DNA of 64,000 bases from Acidimicrobiia bacterium. GTDB lineage: Bacteria > Actinomycetota > Acidimicrobiia > Acidimicrobiales > Poriferisodalaceae. The translations under genes and the position numbers were made by a program. The notes under the pieces are model-generated. The model saw only the letters and a list, made by a program, of their open reading frames with translations. It was not told the DNA's origin and made no database searches. This document shows, piece after piece, positions 1 to 8,817 of this stretch (positions within the stretch are counted from its first letter, which is position 1; each line of letters opens with the position of its first letter). The stretch lies in the NCBI GenBank assembly GCA_022824805.1, contig JAJDZE010000004.1, positions 3,577 to 67,576 of the forward strand, in the 5' to 3' direction.

Positions 1-238
1 CTGGAGCCTCGCCTCGGTTGAGTTGCCGCCACGACTCCGCGAGTTCGGTCCGGTGGAGCTCGGCCCATTCAGCAACGAGATTGCGCGCTCGGCGTGGCAG
101 GTCCCCGCGAATCATCCGGAGTGTTGCGATTTCCACGAGAGCTGATCGGTCTGCGTAGATGGCATGAAAATGAGGCGGCGCGTGATCGTTGCCGTACATC
201 CGGATGACGATTCCGTAGAAGCGGCTGAGTTCGGCCAT
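1..238 (-). CDS. DUF4160 domain protein (3' end runs off the window start)
   Basis: Absent from the ORF track because it is open at the window edge. Minus-strand ATG at 238-236 reads MAELSRFYGIVIRMYGNDHAPPHFHAIYADRSALVEIATLRMIRGDLPRRARNLVAEW..., which carries the FYGI.I.MY..DH.PPHFH signature of DUF4160. It lies 18 nt downstream of its usual DUF2442 partner. Confidence 0.75.
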   Translation of the reverse strand, partial: MAELSRFYGIVIRMYGNDHAPPHFHAIYADRSALVEIATLRMIRGDLPRRARNLVAEWAELHRTELAESWRQLNRGEAP

Positions 239-256
239 GAGGGGACTGCGATGATC

Positions 257-559
257 TCAGCCAACCAGTTCGGGCCACGGTTTCGGGTGCAGGTCTTCGA
301 AGCTCTTGCCGGTGAGGTCCAAGTACATGGCCGTGGGATCGAGTTCGAGCGCATCGTCTTCGCCCCAAGCGATGGCGCCATATGGACGCAGATGCGCAGT
401 CTTGAAGAAAGAGGCGTCCGACCAGGCAGCGAAGTTCCCTCGGTTTGACCACCGGGTGAGGTCCACGATGCCGCTCACGCCATCGTCGAACCTGATCCAC
501 AGCTTGAACGGCTGCCGCGCGTCAACCTCGACAGCCTGTGGCGGCAGCGACACGTGCAT
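257..559 (-). CDS. DUF2442 domain protein
   Basis: 100-aa ORF with ...FKLWIRFDDGVSGIVDLTRW...GAIAWGEDDALELDPTAMY, typical of DUF2442. Paired with DUF4160 as a TA-like two-gene module. Confidence 0.8.
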   Translation of the reverse strand: MHVSLPPQAVEVDARQPFKLWIRFDDGVSGIVDLTRWSNRGNFAAWSDASFFKTAHLRPYGAIAWGEDDALELDPTAMYLDLTGKSFEDLHPKPWPELVG

Positions 560-678
560 GCCACGAACTCTAGGTGAGTTGGAGGCCTGCCGAACTGACC
601 AGGCCTTGTGGTCGGCCCGCGCGAATCATGCTGGGCCTTGGAGGCCTCTTGGGTCTGAGAGGGCCTTCGTGGTTGTAT

Positions 679-695
679 GTACGTATAATACGTAC
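679..695 (+). promoter_or_regulatory. Perfect 8-1-8 palindrome GTACGTAT-A-ATACGTAC containing TATAAT; putative operator/-10 of the RHH-MazF operon
   Basis: Read directly from the sequence. TATAAT at 684-689 lies 6 nt before the GTG at 696, which suggests a leaderless, autoregulated TA transcript. Confidence 0.45.
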
Positions 696-926
696 GTGCC
701 CAATAAGACGATCAGTGTGCCTGATGATGTCGTGCCGGTTATCGAGAGCTTGCACGTCCCATTCTCGAGGTGGGTGACCGATCAGCTGCGGCGCCATGCG
801 GCCAAGTCGACCATGTCATTCGCCGATCAGCTTGTTGCGGATGCGGCCCTGGCCGCTCCGGAGGGATTGACGTCTGCGGACTCCTCGGCAGTCGGCGAGC
901 GGATGGAGCGATCCGCGCCGTGGTAG
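696..926 (+). CDS. Ribbon-helix-helix type antitoxin (MazE-position partner of MazF)
   Basis: GTG start at 696 in the frame of ORF 306..926: VPNKTISVPDDVVPVIESLHVPFSRWVTDQLRRH... (beta-strand plus helices, RHH-like). The stop at 924-926 overlaps the toxin GTG at 920. Confidence 0.6.
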   Translation: MPNKTISVPDDVVPVIESLHVPFSRWVTDQLRRHAAKSTMSFADQLVADAALAAPEGLTSADSSAVGERMERSAPW

Positions 927-1237
927 TGCGCGGCGGGGTGTACTGGATCGATCTCGACAAGCGTCGGCCGTGCGTGGTCGTCTCGTCCGACGACGTTCTG
1001 GGTGTTGACGTCTGGCAAACCCATGTTGTGCCGCTGACCACGAATCTCGATCGGGCAGGTCTCGCCGGCAACGTCCTGCTCGACGCTGCGGTGACCGGTT
1101 TGCCCTACGACTCTGTGGCCGTGCCACTCGGACTGGAGCTGGTCGAACGCACTTGGCTGGAGGAGCGTGCGGGCTTGCTCCCGAAGGTCTTAGTCGATGC
1201 CATCGACGACGGAGTGCGAGCCGTCCTGGGTCTGTGA
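920..1237 (+). CDS. mazF: MazF/PemK family type II toxin endoribonuclease
   Basis: VVVRGGVYWIDLDKRRPCVVVSSDDVLGVDVWQTHVVPLTTN...GNVLL...TGLPYDSVA is a PemK/MazF-like pattern. The start overlaps the stop of the upstream antitoxin by 7 nt. Confidence 0.8.
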   Translation: MVVRGGVYWIDLDKRRPCVVVSSDDVLGVDVWQTHVVPLTTNLDRAGLAGNVLLDAAVTGLPYDSVAVPLGLELVERTWLEERAGLLPKVLVDAIDDGVRAVLGL

Positions 1238-1297
1238 CTATGTGTGGTCAGCCGAGCTCATCGGCTGGCGATACCCGGCAAGCGGGAGAGGAACCGC

Positions 1298-1981
1298 ATG
1301 ACATCACCGCTGCATGATCCTGTGCTGGAGGGGCTGCTCGACCGGCTGCACGCCCAGAGCGACGAGCAAGTTGCCGAGACGTCGGCGTTCACTGCGTCCC
1401 AACGGCGTTTGAGCGGCCGGGACCGCAGCCAGCGCGGCTTCGACGACAACATGCGCCGTTTCTATAGCGACAAGCTCGTCGCGCTCGATCGTGACAAGGC
1501 GGCGTTCTGCTACCAGGTCTGCCGTGCTCTGGGCGCTCGCCGTGTTGTGGAGGCCGGTACGTCACACGGCGTGTCGACGCTGTATCTGGCTGCCGCGGTG
1601 CGGGACAACGGTCACGACGACGGCGTGGTGATCGCCACCGAGTACGAGCCGGCCAAGGCTGCCATTGCTCGGGCCAACTTCGCCGAGGCGGGTCTCGCGC
1701 CGTGGATCGAGCTTCGGGAGGGTGATCTGCGCGAAACGCTGGTCGACTGCGGGGGACCGGTCGACGTCCTGCTCGTCGACATCTGGCATGTCGCGCTCGA
1801 CGCGCTTGAGCTGGTCGCGCCAGCCCTGCGTCCCGGCGCGGTCGTCGTCACCGACAACACCATCGCGTCTGCTGAGGGCTACGCGCCCTACTTCGAATTC
1901 CTCAACGATCCCGCCAACAAGCTCCGCACGATGACCCTGCCCTTCACGGGAGGCCTCGAATTCACCGTCCGCATCGACTAG
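1298..1981 (+). CDS. Class I SAM-dependent O-methyltransferase (family 3-like)
   Basis: ATG at 1298 preceded by GGGAGAGG. Contains VVEAGTSHGVSTLYLAAAV, LLVDIWH and VVVTDN, typical of the O-methyltransferase family. Confidence 0.8.
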   Translation: MTSPLHDPVLEGLLDRLHAQSDEQVAETSAFTASQRRLSGRDRSQRGFDDNMRRFYSDKLVALDRDKAAFCYQVCRALGARRVVEAGTSHGVSTLYLAAAVRDNGHDDGVVIATEYEPAKAAIARANFAEAGLAPWIELREGDLRETLVDCGGPVDVLLVDIWHVALDALELVAPALRPGAVVVTDNTIASAEGYAPYFEFLNDPANKLRTMTLPFTGGLEFTVRID

Positions 1982-2071
1982 CCGATCTCAGGCTCAAACG
2001 CCAACCTAAACATTTGCTTTCAAAGTTAAGGTAATTACTGTTAACCTTACACATATTGTTCCGGCGTTAAG

Positions 2072-3358
2072 GTGCGGAGGCGGCAAGTGTCCCGATGGCC
2101 GGCAGCGCAATTCCAGACCGCGACCGTAGAGAACGAGCTGTGGCGGTCATGGGACGACGAGAGCCCGCGCACTATCACGGTCTCCCAGACCGTGCCCCCA
2201 CACATCGGCGATCTTGGGATTCCCGCACTTGAGCCGGCCACGGGTGAGGCGCTGGACAACGCAACGCGCGCGGTGGGCGACCTTCGTGACCGCGCCGCCG
2301 AAACGGCCGGTGTCCTCGGGCACCTCAGCGCCGTGCTCATCCGGGCCGATGCAGTCGCGTCGTCTCAGATCGAGCACATCACGACCTCAAGCGAGGCACT
2401 GGCGGTCGCTCTCGCCGATCTTGGCGACGACGATGCCGACCAGAGCCCGTACCTGGTCGCGACCGAGTTGGTCGCTGCGAACGTCACCGTTGCGCTGAGC
2501 GCTCAACGTGGCGGCGAGGATCTGACCGAGGATTGGTTCCACCGGCGGCACCGCAGCTTGCTCTCGGCGGATCCGGAAATCGAGCGGCGACACCTCGGCG
2601 CGTGGCGGGATTGTGCGGTGTGGATCGGTCAGACCCGCCAGAGCGCCGAATTCGAAGCCCCGCCGTGGAAGCAAGTTCCCGCGTTGATGGCCGACCTTGT
2701 GCGCTTCGCCACCCGAAGAGACGTGCATCCCGTAGTGCACGCTGCCATCGCGCACGCCCAGTTTGAAACGATCCACCCGTACGTCGACGGCAACGGCCGC
2801 GTCGGTCGGCTGTTGATCCACCGGTTGCTCGAAGCTAGGCCCGCAGCGGCGACGGCACCGGTGCCGGTCGCGCATGGCCTGCTGCACAATCCAGATGGCT
2901 ACATCAGCGGCCTGACCGCGTACCGCCGGGGCGATCTTGACGACTGGATCAGCGTGTTTGCGACAGCGGTGATTGACGGGGCACACGCTGCTGTCCGTCT
3001 CGTTGACCGAATCGCCGGCATCGCGCGCGACTACCGCCTGCGGGTTCGTACCCGCCGGGGGTCCGCGGTTTCGCAGATCCTTGACGGGCTGCTGCACACC
3101 CCCGCGATCACGGCAGGCGAGATCCAATTCAGCTACAAGCTGACACCGGCTCGTGCTTCGCAGATCCTGCACCAGCTCGCCGATGCCGGGATCGTGCGGC
3201 TCAGCGAACACCGCGCCGGTCGATCCCGCGTGTGGGTGGCCCACGACGTCATCGACGCAATCGACACCATCAACGCCACCATCCCCCGACGCCTCATCGA
3301 CACCCCCGACCCCAACGACCCCGATTCCGCGGGAGCAAAAGGGTTGGGTGATGGATGA
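2072..3358 (+). CDS. Fic family protein (AMPylase-type) with Fic_N-like inhibitory motif and C-terminal winged helix
   Basis: Fic motif HPYVDGNGRVGRLL. N-terminal SSQIEH matches the (S/T)xxxE(G/N) inhibitory helix but has H at the last position. C-terminal SQILHQLADAGIVRL is wHTH-like. GTG start at 2072; the exact start is uncertain. Confidence 0.9.
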   Translation: MRRRQVSRWPAAQFQTATVENELWRSWDDESPRTITVSQTVPPHIGDLGIPALEPATGEALDNATRAVGDLRDRAAETAGVLGHLSAVLIRADAVASSQIEHITTSSEALAVALADLGDDDADQSPYLVATELVAANVTVALSAQRGGEDLTEDWFHRRHRSLLSADPEIERRHLGAWRDCAVWIGQTRQSAEFEAPPWKQVPALMADLVRFATRRDVHPVVHAAIAHAQFETIHPYVDGNGRVGRLLIHRLLEARPAAATAPVPVAHGLLHNPDGYISGLTAYRRGDLDDWISVFATAVIDGAHAAVRLVDRIAGIARDYRLRVRTRRGSAVSQILDGLLHTPAITAGEIQFSYKLTPARASQILHQLADAGIVRLSEHRAGRSRVWVAHDVIDAIDTINATIPRRLIDTPDPNDPDSAGAKGLGDG

Positions 3359-3382
3359 CGAGCGGGCGTTGTCCCAGTGGGG

Positions 3383-4027
3383 TCAGAGGACGCCGGCGAG
3401 CCACTCGCGGGCGTCGATCATCATTTCGATGGTCTGGCTGTGGGCCATGTCGTAGGCGTGGTGCCGCAGGTTCCACCCGCCGTCGCCAAGGGCTGCGATC
3501 ACCTCTTTGGGCTGCTCTTGGCCGATGAAGATGTCGCGGGTTCCCCACTGGAAGAGCACCGGTCGACCGTCGCCGTCGGACAGGTCGAGGTTGAGCCCCG
3601 GCGCGCTCGGAAGGCCGCAGCAGATGGCCCACACGCCGGCGTAGCGGGGCGCACCAGCCCTGCCGGCGAGCGCCAGCGACAGGTAGCCGCCTTGGCTGAA
3701 CCCCCCCACGATGCATCGTTCGAGCGGCACGCCGGCCTTGCCGGCCTCGTCCGCGATGAACGACTCGAGCATCTCGAGCGAGGGAACGAACTGCGAGATG
3801 TCTTGTTCGAACGTCTCGAGGTCGATCGACCACCAACCTGCACCGTCGCCGTCGGGCATGTCGATCGGTCCCCGTGGCGCGATAGCGGTGAAGCGTTCGT
3901 CAGGGTCGACGAGCGGCACGTACGACGCGAGGTGGTGCTGCTCGGCGGTGTAGCCGTGCATGAGGAAGAGCAGACGGTCTGCGCCGTCACGGTCAATCCG
4001 GTACTGGGTCAGTGGCATGGAATGCAA
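3383..4027 (-). CDS. Phospholipase/carboxylesterase family alpha/beta hydrolase
   Basis: 214 aa, GFSQGG nucleophile elbow, LFLMHGY motif. Confidence 0.8.
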   Translation of the reverse strand: MHSMPLTQYRIDRDGADRLLFLMHGYTAEQHHLASYVPLVDPDERFTAIAPRGPIDMPDGDGAGWWSIDLETFEQDISQFVPSLEMLESFIADEAGKAGVPLERCIVGGFSQGGYLSLALAGRAGAPRYAGVWAICCGLPSAPGLNLDLSDGDGRPVLFQWGTRDIFIGQEQPKEVIAALGDGGWNLRHHAYDMAHSQTIEMMIDAREWLAGVL

Positions 4028-4133
4028 CGCTCCTGTGCTGCTCGCTGTGCGTTGGATGAACCTATGCGCTCACCGCACCTATGGCATGGGTTGGAGCGTG
4101 TAGCTGCTCATCTGTCGCGGAATCGCTCTGCTG

Positions 4134-4976
4134 TTGTTTTCGCGCAGGGCGCTGGTGTGCGGGAGTGCTAGAACCGCACCCGTGCCTATGTTCGCCGGGT
4201 CCGAGGGGTCGATTCACTACGAGCGATGGGCACCCGACGGCCCCGCGCGCCGCATCGTGGTGGTGGTGCACGGCTACGCCGAGTACGCGGCCCGGTATGG
4301 CCACCTGGCCGAGCGGCTGATGGCCGACGGCGCAGTGATCTACGGCGAGGATCACATGGGGCACGGTCGCAGCGACGGCGAGCAGGCCCTCATCACCGAC
4401 TTCGAGCACGTGGTCGACGACCTGCGGACGCTCGTCGACCTAGCACAGGCCGAGCACCCGGGGCTGCCGGTGGTGATGATCGGGCATTCGATGGGCGGGC
4501 TGCTCACTTCCAGGTTCGCGCAGGAGTACCCCGACGATGTCGCCGGCATCACCTTGCTCGGTGCAGTGATCGGCGACTGGAACTGGGCCCGGGAGGCCTT
4601 GGCGCAGCCAGAGTTGCCTCCCGCCACGACCGACTTCTCGGGCATGTCCCGTGACACGGCCGCAGTCGAGGCCTACGCCACCGATCCGCTCATCTATCGA
4701 GGCAGGTACAAGCGGCCCTTGCTCGAAGCCGAGGTCATCGCCCTCGACCGATTCCGGGCTCAAGTCAGCACCCTCACGATGGCCGTGCTGTTCTGCCACG
4801 GCACCGATGATCCCTTTGTGGACTACCGCACCTCGCTCGAGGCGGTGCAGTCGATGCCCAGCGACGACAAGACTGTCCGCCTCTACGAGGGCGCCCGCCA
4901 CGAGCTCGTGAACGAGACCAATCGGGACGAGGTGATCGAAGAGATCGCCGCATTCGTCGCCCGTGTCACCGAATAG
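4134..4976 (+). CDS. Alpha/beta hydrolase, lysophospholipase/monoacylglycerol lipase-like
   Basis: VVVHGYAEYAARYGHLAERL and the GHSMGG nucleophile motif. An alternative start at 4188 (MFAGSEG) is possible. Confidence 0.8.
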   Translation: MFSRRALVCGSARTAPVPMFAGSEGSIHYERWAPDGPARRIVVVVHGYAEYAARYGHLAERLMADGAVIYGEDHMGHGRSDGEQALITDFEHVVDDLRTLVDLAQAEHPGLPVVMIGHSMGGLLTSRFAQEYPDDVAGITLLGAVIGDWNWAREALAQPELPPATTDFSGMSRDTAAVEAYATDPLIYRGRYKRPLLEAEVIALDRFRAQVSTLTMAVLFCHGTDDPFVDYRTSLEAVQSMPSDDKTVRLYEGARHELVNETNRDEVIEEIAAFVARVTE

Positions 4977-5186
4977 CGGCGATGCAGTGCCGTACTGCGT
5001 CGACCTCATCGGCGGGCCGTACATCTCGACCGACGCCGAGCACATAGACGCGTTCCGGCCGGCTTCAGCCATCCGACCAGCCGCAGTGGACTAACGGCAG
5101 AAACCGCCGACAGCGAGGCGTCTCGGCAGGGATCGGCTTCCGACACCCCAGCGACGGTGTCGTGCGCGGCTGAGAAATAGGGTCGG

Positions 5187-5981
5187 GTGATGGGTGACGA
5201 GCGGGTGATGCACTTGGGCGTGACTGCCGCCGATCTGGGTGGGGCCACGCTGGCGATCGTGCCTGGCGACCCTGCCCGGGTGGCGAGGATCGCCGAGACG
5301 ATGGACGAGCCGGCGCACCTGGCCTCCGTCCGGGAGTTCACGACCTGTCGAGCGTCGATCGGCGGGCAACCGGTGGTGGTCTGCTCGACCGGCGTCGGCG
5401 GGCCGTCCACCTCGGTTGCGGTCGAGGAGCTGGCGCAGCTCGGCGTGCGGACGTTCCTGCGGGTCGGCACCACCGGGTCGATCCAACCTGATCTGCGGAT
5501 CGGTGACCTGGTCATCACCCAAGCCGCGGTCCGTCTCGACGGTGCGAGCCGGCATTTCGCTCCGCTGGAGTACCCGGCCGCGTCCTCGTTCGAGTGCACC
5601 CGGGCTCTGGTCGATGCCGCAGTCGCCCTCGACGCTTCCCATCAGGTGGGGATCACGGCGTCGAGCGACACCTTCTATCCCGGCCAGGAGCGCTACGACA
5701 CCGTGGCCGGCGACGTCGTCGGGTGGCTGCGGGGCAGCCTGGCCGAGTGGCGCCGGATCGGCGTGCTCAACTACGAGATGGAATCGGCGACGCTGTTCAC
5801 GATGTGTGCGGCCAACGGCTGGCGGGCCGGGTGCGTCGCCGGGGTGATCGCCCAGCGCACCGAGTCCGAGGCCGTCGTCGACGAGGCCCGCATCGCCGCC
5901 ACCGAGGAGCGGGCAGTCGGCGTGGTCGTCGAGGCCGCCCGCCGCCTGCTTCAACAGGAATCTCAGCGAGGTGAACCATGA
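5187..5981 (+). CDS. udp: Uridine phosphorylase
   Basis: Near-colinear with my recollection of E. coli Udp: ATLAIVPGDP.RV..IA, REFTT, VVVCSTGVGGPSTSVAVEELAQLGVRTFLRVGTTG, VRLDGAS.HFAPLE.PA, SSDTFYPGQERYDT, NYEMESATLFTMC. Confidence 0.9.
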   Translation: MMGDERVMHLGVTAADLGGATLAIVPGDPARVARIAETMDEPAHLASVREFTTCRASIGGQPVVVCSTGVGGPSTSVAVEELAQLGVRTFLRVGTTGSIQPDLRIGDLVITQAAVRLDGASRHFAPLEYPAASSFECTRALVDAAVALDASHQVGITASSDTFYPGQERYDTVAGDVVGWLRGSLAEWRRIGVLNYEMESATLFTMCAANGWRAGCVAGVIAQRTESEAVVDEARIAATEERAVGVVVEAARRLLQQESQRGEP

Positions 5982-7141
5982 GCAAGATCAGCCGCATCGT
6001 CGTTCAGGCCTACACGTATCAGCTTCGCGATGTCGGTCCGACGATCTGGACCTACTCACCGGGGGCAGAGACGAGCGTCTCGAAGTTCGTGGTGTCGATC
6101 GAGTCCGACGACGGGCTCACGGGCAGCTACGCACCCCACTACGGCGCAACCGAGCACGCCATGGCGCAGGTCTGCGACATGGCGCCGCTGCTGATCGGCA
6201 GGGACCCAGCGCAGCGCGAACGGATCTTCGAACTCCTCAAAATCCAGTTCCGGCACTTCGACAAGGTCGGCATCGCCGCACTCGACACCGCCCTGTGGGA
6301 CCTCGCAGGCAAGAAGCACGGCGCGTCGGTCAGCCAGTTGCTGGGCGGGTACCGGGAGCGGCTGCCGACGTACGCGAGCACGACTCCGGGCCAGCAGACT
6401 CCCGGCGGCCTCGACAGCATCGAGAAGTACGCAGACTTCGCCGAGGAATGCCAGGAACGCGGATTGCCGGGTTACAAGATTCACGGCTTCTTCGACGGCA
6501 GCGTGAGCAACGAGGTCGGCATCATGACCGCGGTTCGCGACCGTGTCGGGTCCTCGATGAAGCTGATGACCGACCCCGCATCGTCCTTGGGGTCGTTCAT
6601 GGATGCCGTGGAAGTCGGTCGGGCGTGCGACGACTTGGGATTCTTCTGGTACGAAGACCCCTACCGCGATGCCTCTTCGAGCGCCGCCGCTCACCAGCGC
6701 CTGCGGGAATTCATCCGCACGCCGATGCTCATCGCCGAGCACATCCGGGGATTCGAGCACAAGGCCGACTTCGTGCTGGCTCGTGGCACCGACATCATGC
6801 ACGTCGATCCCGAGTTGGACGGCGGCATCACCGGCACGATGAAGCTGGCCCACTTCTGCGACGCCATCGGCATGGAGGTTCAGCTCCACACGGCCGGCCC
6901 GATGCACCGGCACTGCATGTCGGCGATTCCCAACACGCTGTTCTACGAGCTCGGCCTGGTCAATCCCGACACATCGCAGAACTGCCTGCAGCCGCCGATC
7001 TACGCCGACGGCTACGGCGATGGCCTCGACGACGTGGGTGCCGACGGATGCGTCGCGGTGCCCACCGGCCCGGGGCTGGGCGTGGAATACGACTGGGACA
7101 AGATCAACGCCTGGGAAACGGCCAGGCGCACCTTCGAGTAA
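5978..7141 (+). CDS. Enolase-superfamily enzyme (mandelate racemase/muconate lactonizing family)
   Basis: 387 aa; GYKIHG, MKLMTDPAS, FWYEDP and IAEH are consistent with the metal-ligand and acid/base positions of MR/MLE enzymes. The ATGA start overlaps the udp stop. Confidence 0.85.
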   Translation: MSKISRIVVQAYTYQLRDVGPTIWTYSPGAETSVSKFVVSIESDDGLTGSYAPHYGATEHAMAQVCDMAPLLIGRDPAQRERIFELLKIQFRHFDKVGIAALDTALWDLAGKKHGASVSQLLGGYRERLPTYASTTPGQQTPGGLDSIEKYADFAEECQERGLPGYKIHGFFDGSVSNEVGIMTAVRDRVGSSMKLMTDPASSLGSFMDAVEVGRACDDLGFFWYEDPYRDASSSAAAHQRLREFIRTPMLIAEHIRGFEHKADFVLARGTDIMHVDPELDGGITGTMKLAHFCDAIGMEVQLHTAGPMHRHCMSAIPNTLFYELGLVNPDTSQNCLQPPIYADGYGDGLDDVGADGCVAVPTGPGLGVEYDWDKINAWETARRTFE

Positions 7142-7160
7142 CCCGGCCCGCCGTTTCGTC

Positions 7161-8333
7161 TCAGCGACTTCGCTGTCGGGGGCGGGCCGTCGGGGACTCG
7201 GTGCCGAGGCCTCGCCCGCCGGGCTCGGGCGCTCGGCCGGCGGGAACGTGCTGGAACTCGCGGTTCACCCTGCGGACTGCCGGTGTGATGGCCACGGCGT
7301 AGCCGACCAGAGCGAGCAGGACCCGGCGAGCCGGCAGGAGCACGAAGCAGATGGCCCACGCCGCGGCGAACCCAATGAGTCGTGGTTTCATCGCGGACAC
7401 GCGAGCGGACGGCTTGTCGTCGGGGCGGCCGAGCGGGAATCGCTTCGGCTTGATGAACCATCCATGGGCGAACAGCTGAGCGACGAAGTACGGCCAGAAG
7501 GCGTCTGGGGCGTCGAGTGGGGGATCGGTGTCCCAAGCGGCGTCGGTGTCGCTGGCTAGCCCGGCCCGGACGCGAGACCACACATGCGGGGCGGTGACTC
7601 GACCAGAAGCGCCACCGCGGTTCTGATGGGTCGGGCGACAGTGCCACCGGTACAGCACTCGGCCGTCCTGGGCCAAGGCCAGAACGCCGGCCTGGAAGAG
7701 GCCGTTTGGGTGCGACGACCAGTGTCGTTCCAGCACCCCGGTGTCGCCGATATAGAGGTCGAACCGGTCATTCTCACGGCATTCGTCGAGGATCTCGTGG
7801 TGCGGATCGCCGACCGCTTGATATTCCAGTTCCCATGTGTCCTGCGCTTCGCTCGCAAGACTCTGGGGTTCACTGGTGACGGCGAAGATCTCGCCGCCCG
7901 CGGCCCGGATCTCCTCGATGACTCCCGATTTGCCGAAGCCACGCAACTCGCGGCGGCATGGAGGTCACCACAGCCCGCGGTAGAACACCAAGACGACAAA
8001 CTTGTGCTTGTCGAGTTGGGCGTTGAGCCACCCGGTGCGTACTCCGATCGGCGGGTCGAGCAGCGGCGGGATCAGCGGATCGTCAACTTCGGCGGCCGAC
8101 ACTCGGAAGCCCTCAGCTGATCTTTCGATCACCACCTGCTCACGGGCACAGACGTCGCCGTCGCACAGCACCAAACCCAGTTCGAAGGACCCAGCTCGCG
8201 CTCGTGCCACGGTGTCCTCGGCGTCGATAACTCCGGTGATCTCGAAGTGAGACTCTCGCGTTGCGTTGATCCACTCGAGCGCGGCTTCCGAAGCGGCCTG
8301 AAGCTCAGTGGGGATTTCTTCGCTCACGTTCAT
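7161..8333 (-). CDS. PRX_like2 (AhpC/TSA-type) thiol oxidoreductase, probable selenoprotein with in-frame UGA (Sec) at 7967-7965; C-terminal membrane segment
   Basis: ORFs 7965..8333 and 7161..7946 are in the same frame, separated only by TGA at 7967-7965. Read-through gives KFVVLVFYRGLW-U-PPCRRELRGFGKSGV..., the FYRG.WCP.C redox motif with TGA at the first Cys. The track start of the lower ORF is an artificial TTG. A stem-loop follows the TGA. Confidence 0.65.
7938..7957 (-). promoter_or_regulatory. Candidate bacterial SECIS hairpin of selenoprotein 1
   Basis: mRNA reads UGA CCUCCAU GCCGC(C)GC GAGUU GCGUGGC: 7 bp (one G-U, one bulged C) and a 5-nt loop starting with G. The stem begins 8 nt after the UGA and the loop 15 nt after it. 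Folded by eye only. Confidence 0.4.
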
Positions 8334-8395
8334 GCGTCGCAGTGCCCCAGATTCCTCGGGTCGAATCGGCGTCAGGCCATATCGCGTCGGGGACT

Positions 8396-8668
8396 CTAGG
8401 TGTGGTCGAAGCCAGCGCTGATGGCCGCCCGGACGCGGTCATCGACGACCCGGACCGCTGCCACACCCGCGATTGACTCAAGTTCGGCAACCGCGGACTG
8501 GACGGCATCTTCGAGAGTGTCGGCCTCGCGATCGAAATCGGCTAGCTGGACGCCGTCGGCCCAGCCGATCAGAGCGTCATCGCAGCCAGCCTCGAACACG
8601 TGGTCGGCGAGTTCGCCCGCTTGAAGATCAGGGCCGTCAACGATCAGGGTGAAGGTGTGGGTGGTCAT
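8396..8668 (-). CDS. Hypothetical acidic 90-aa protein
   Basis: ORF with coding-like GC3, divergent from the BrnT-like gene. I recognise no motif. Confidence 0.45.
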   Translation of the reverse strand: MTTHTFTLIVDGPDLQAGELADHVFEAGCDDALIGWADGVQLADFDREADTLEDAVQSAVAELESIAGVAAVRVVDDRVRAAISAGFDHT

Positions 8669-8817
8669 AGTCAGGAGTCATTGTCGCGCCCGGGAACGTG
8701 ATTGCGTCGGCTCAGCCTGTGTCCTCGAGTTCAGCCAATGCAGCTTGCTCTCGCGACTCAAGACTGCGGTCGCTACAGGGTTGTATGAGGTCAAGATTCG
8801 TATTACGATATTTGTAT

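Noticed and set aside
7965-7967. Alternative explanations for the two in-frame TGAs: genome-wide TGA reassignment (Trp/Gly) or simple pseudogenisation.
   Set aside because: TGA serves as an ordinary stop for many well-defined genes in this window (for example copA, brnT-like, cysD, SRPBCC). Two diverged paralogues both have the TGA exactly at the catalytic Cys codon and both are followed by hairpins. Pseudogenisation cannot be fully excluded without finding the Sec machinery.
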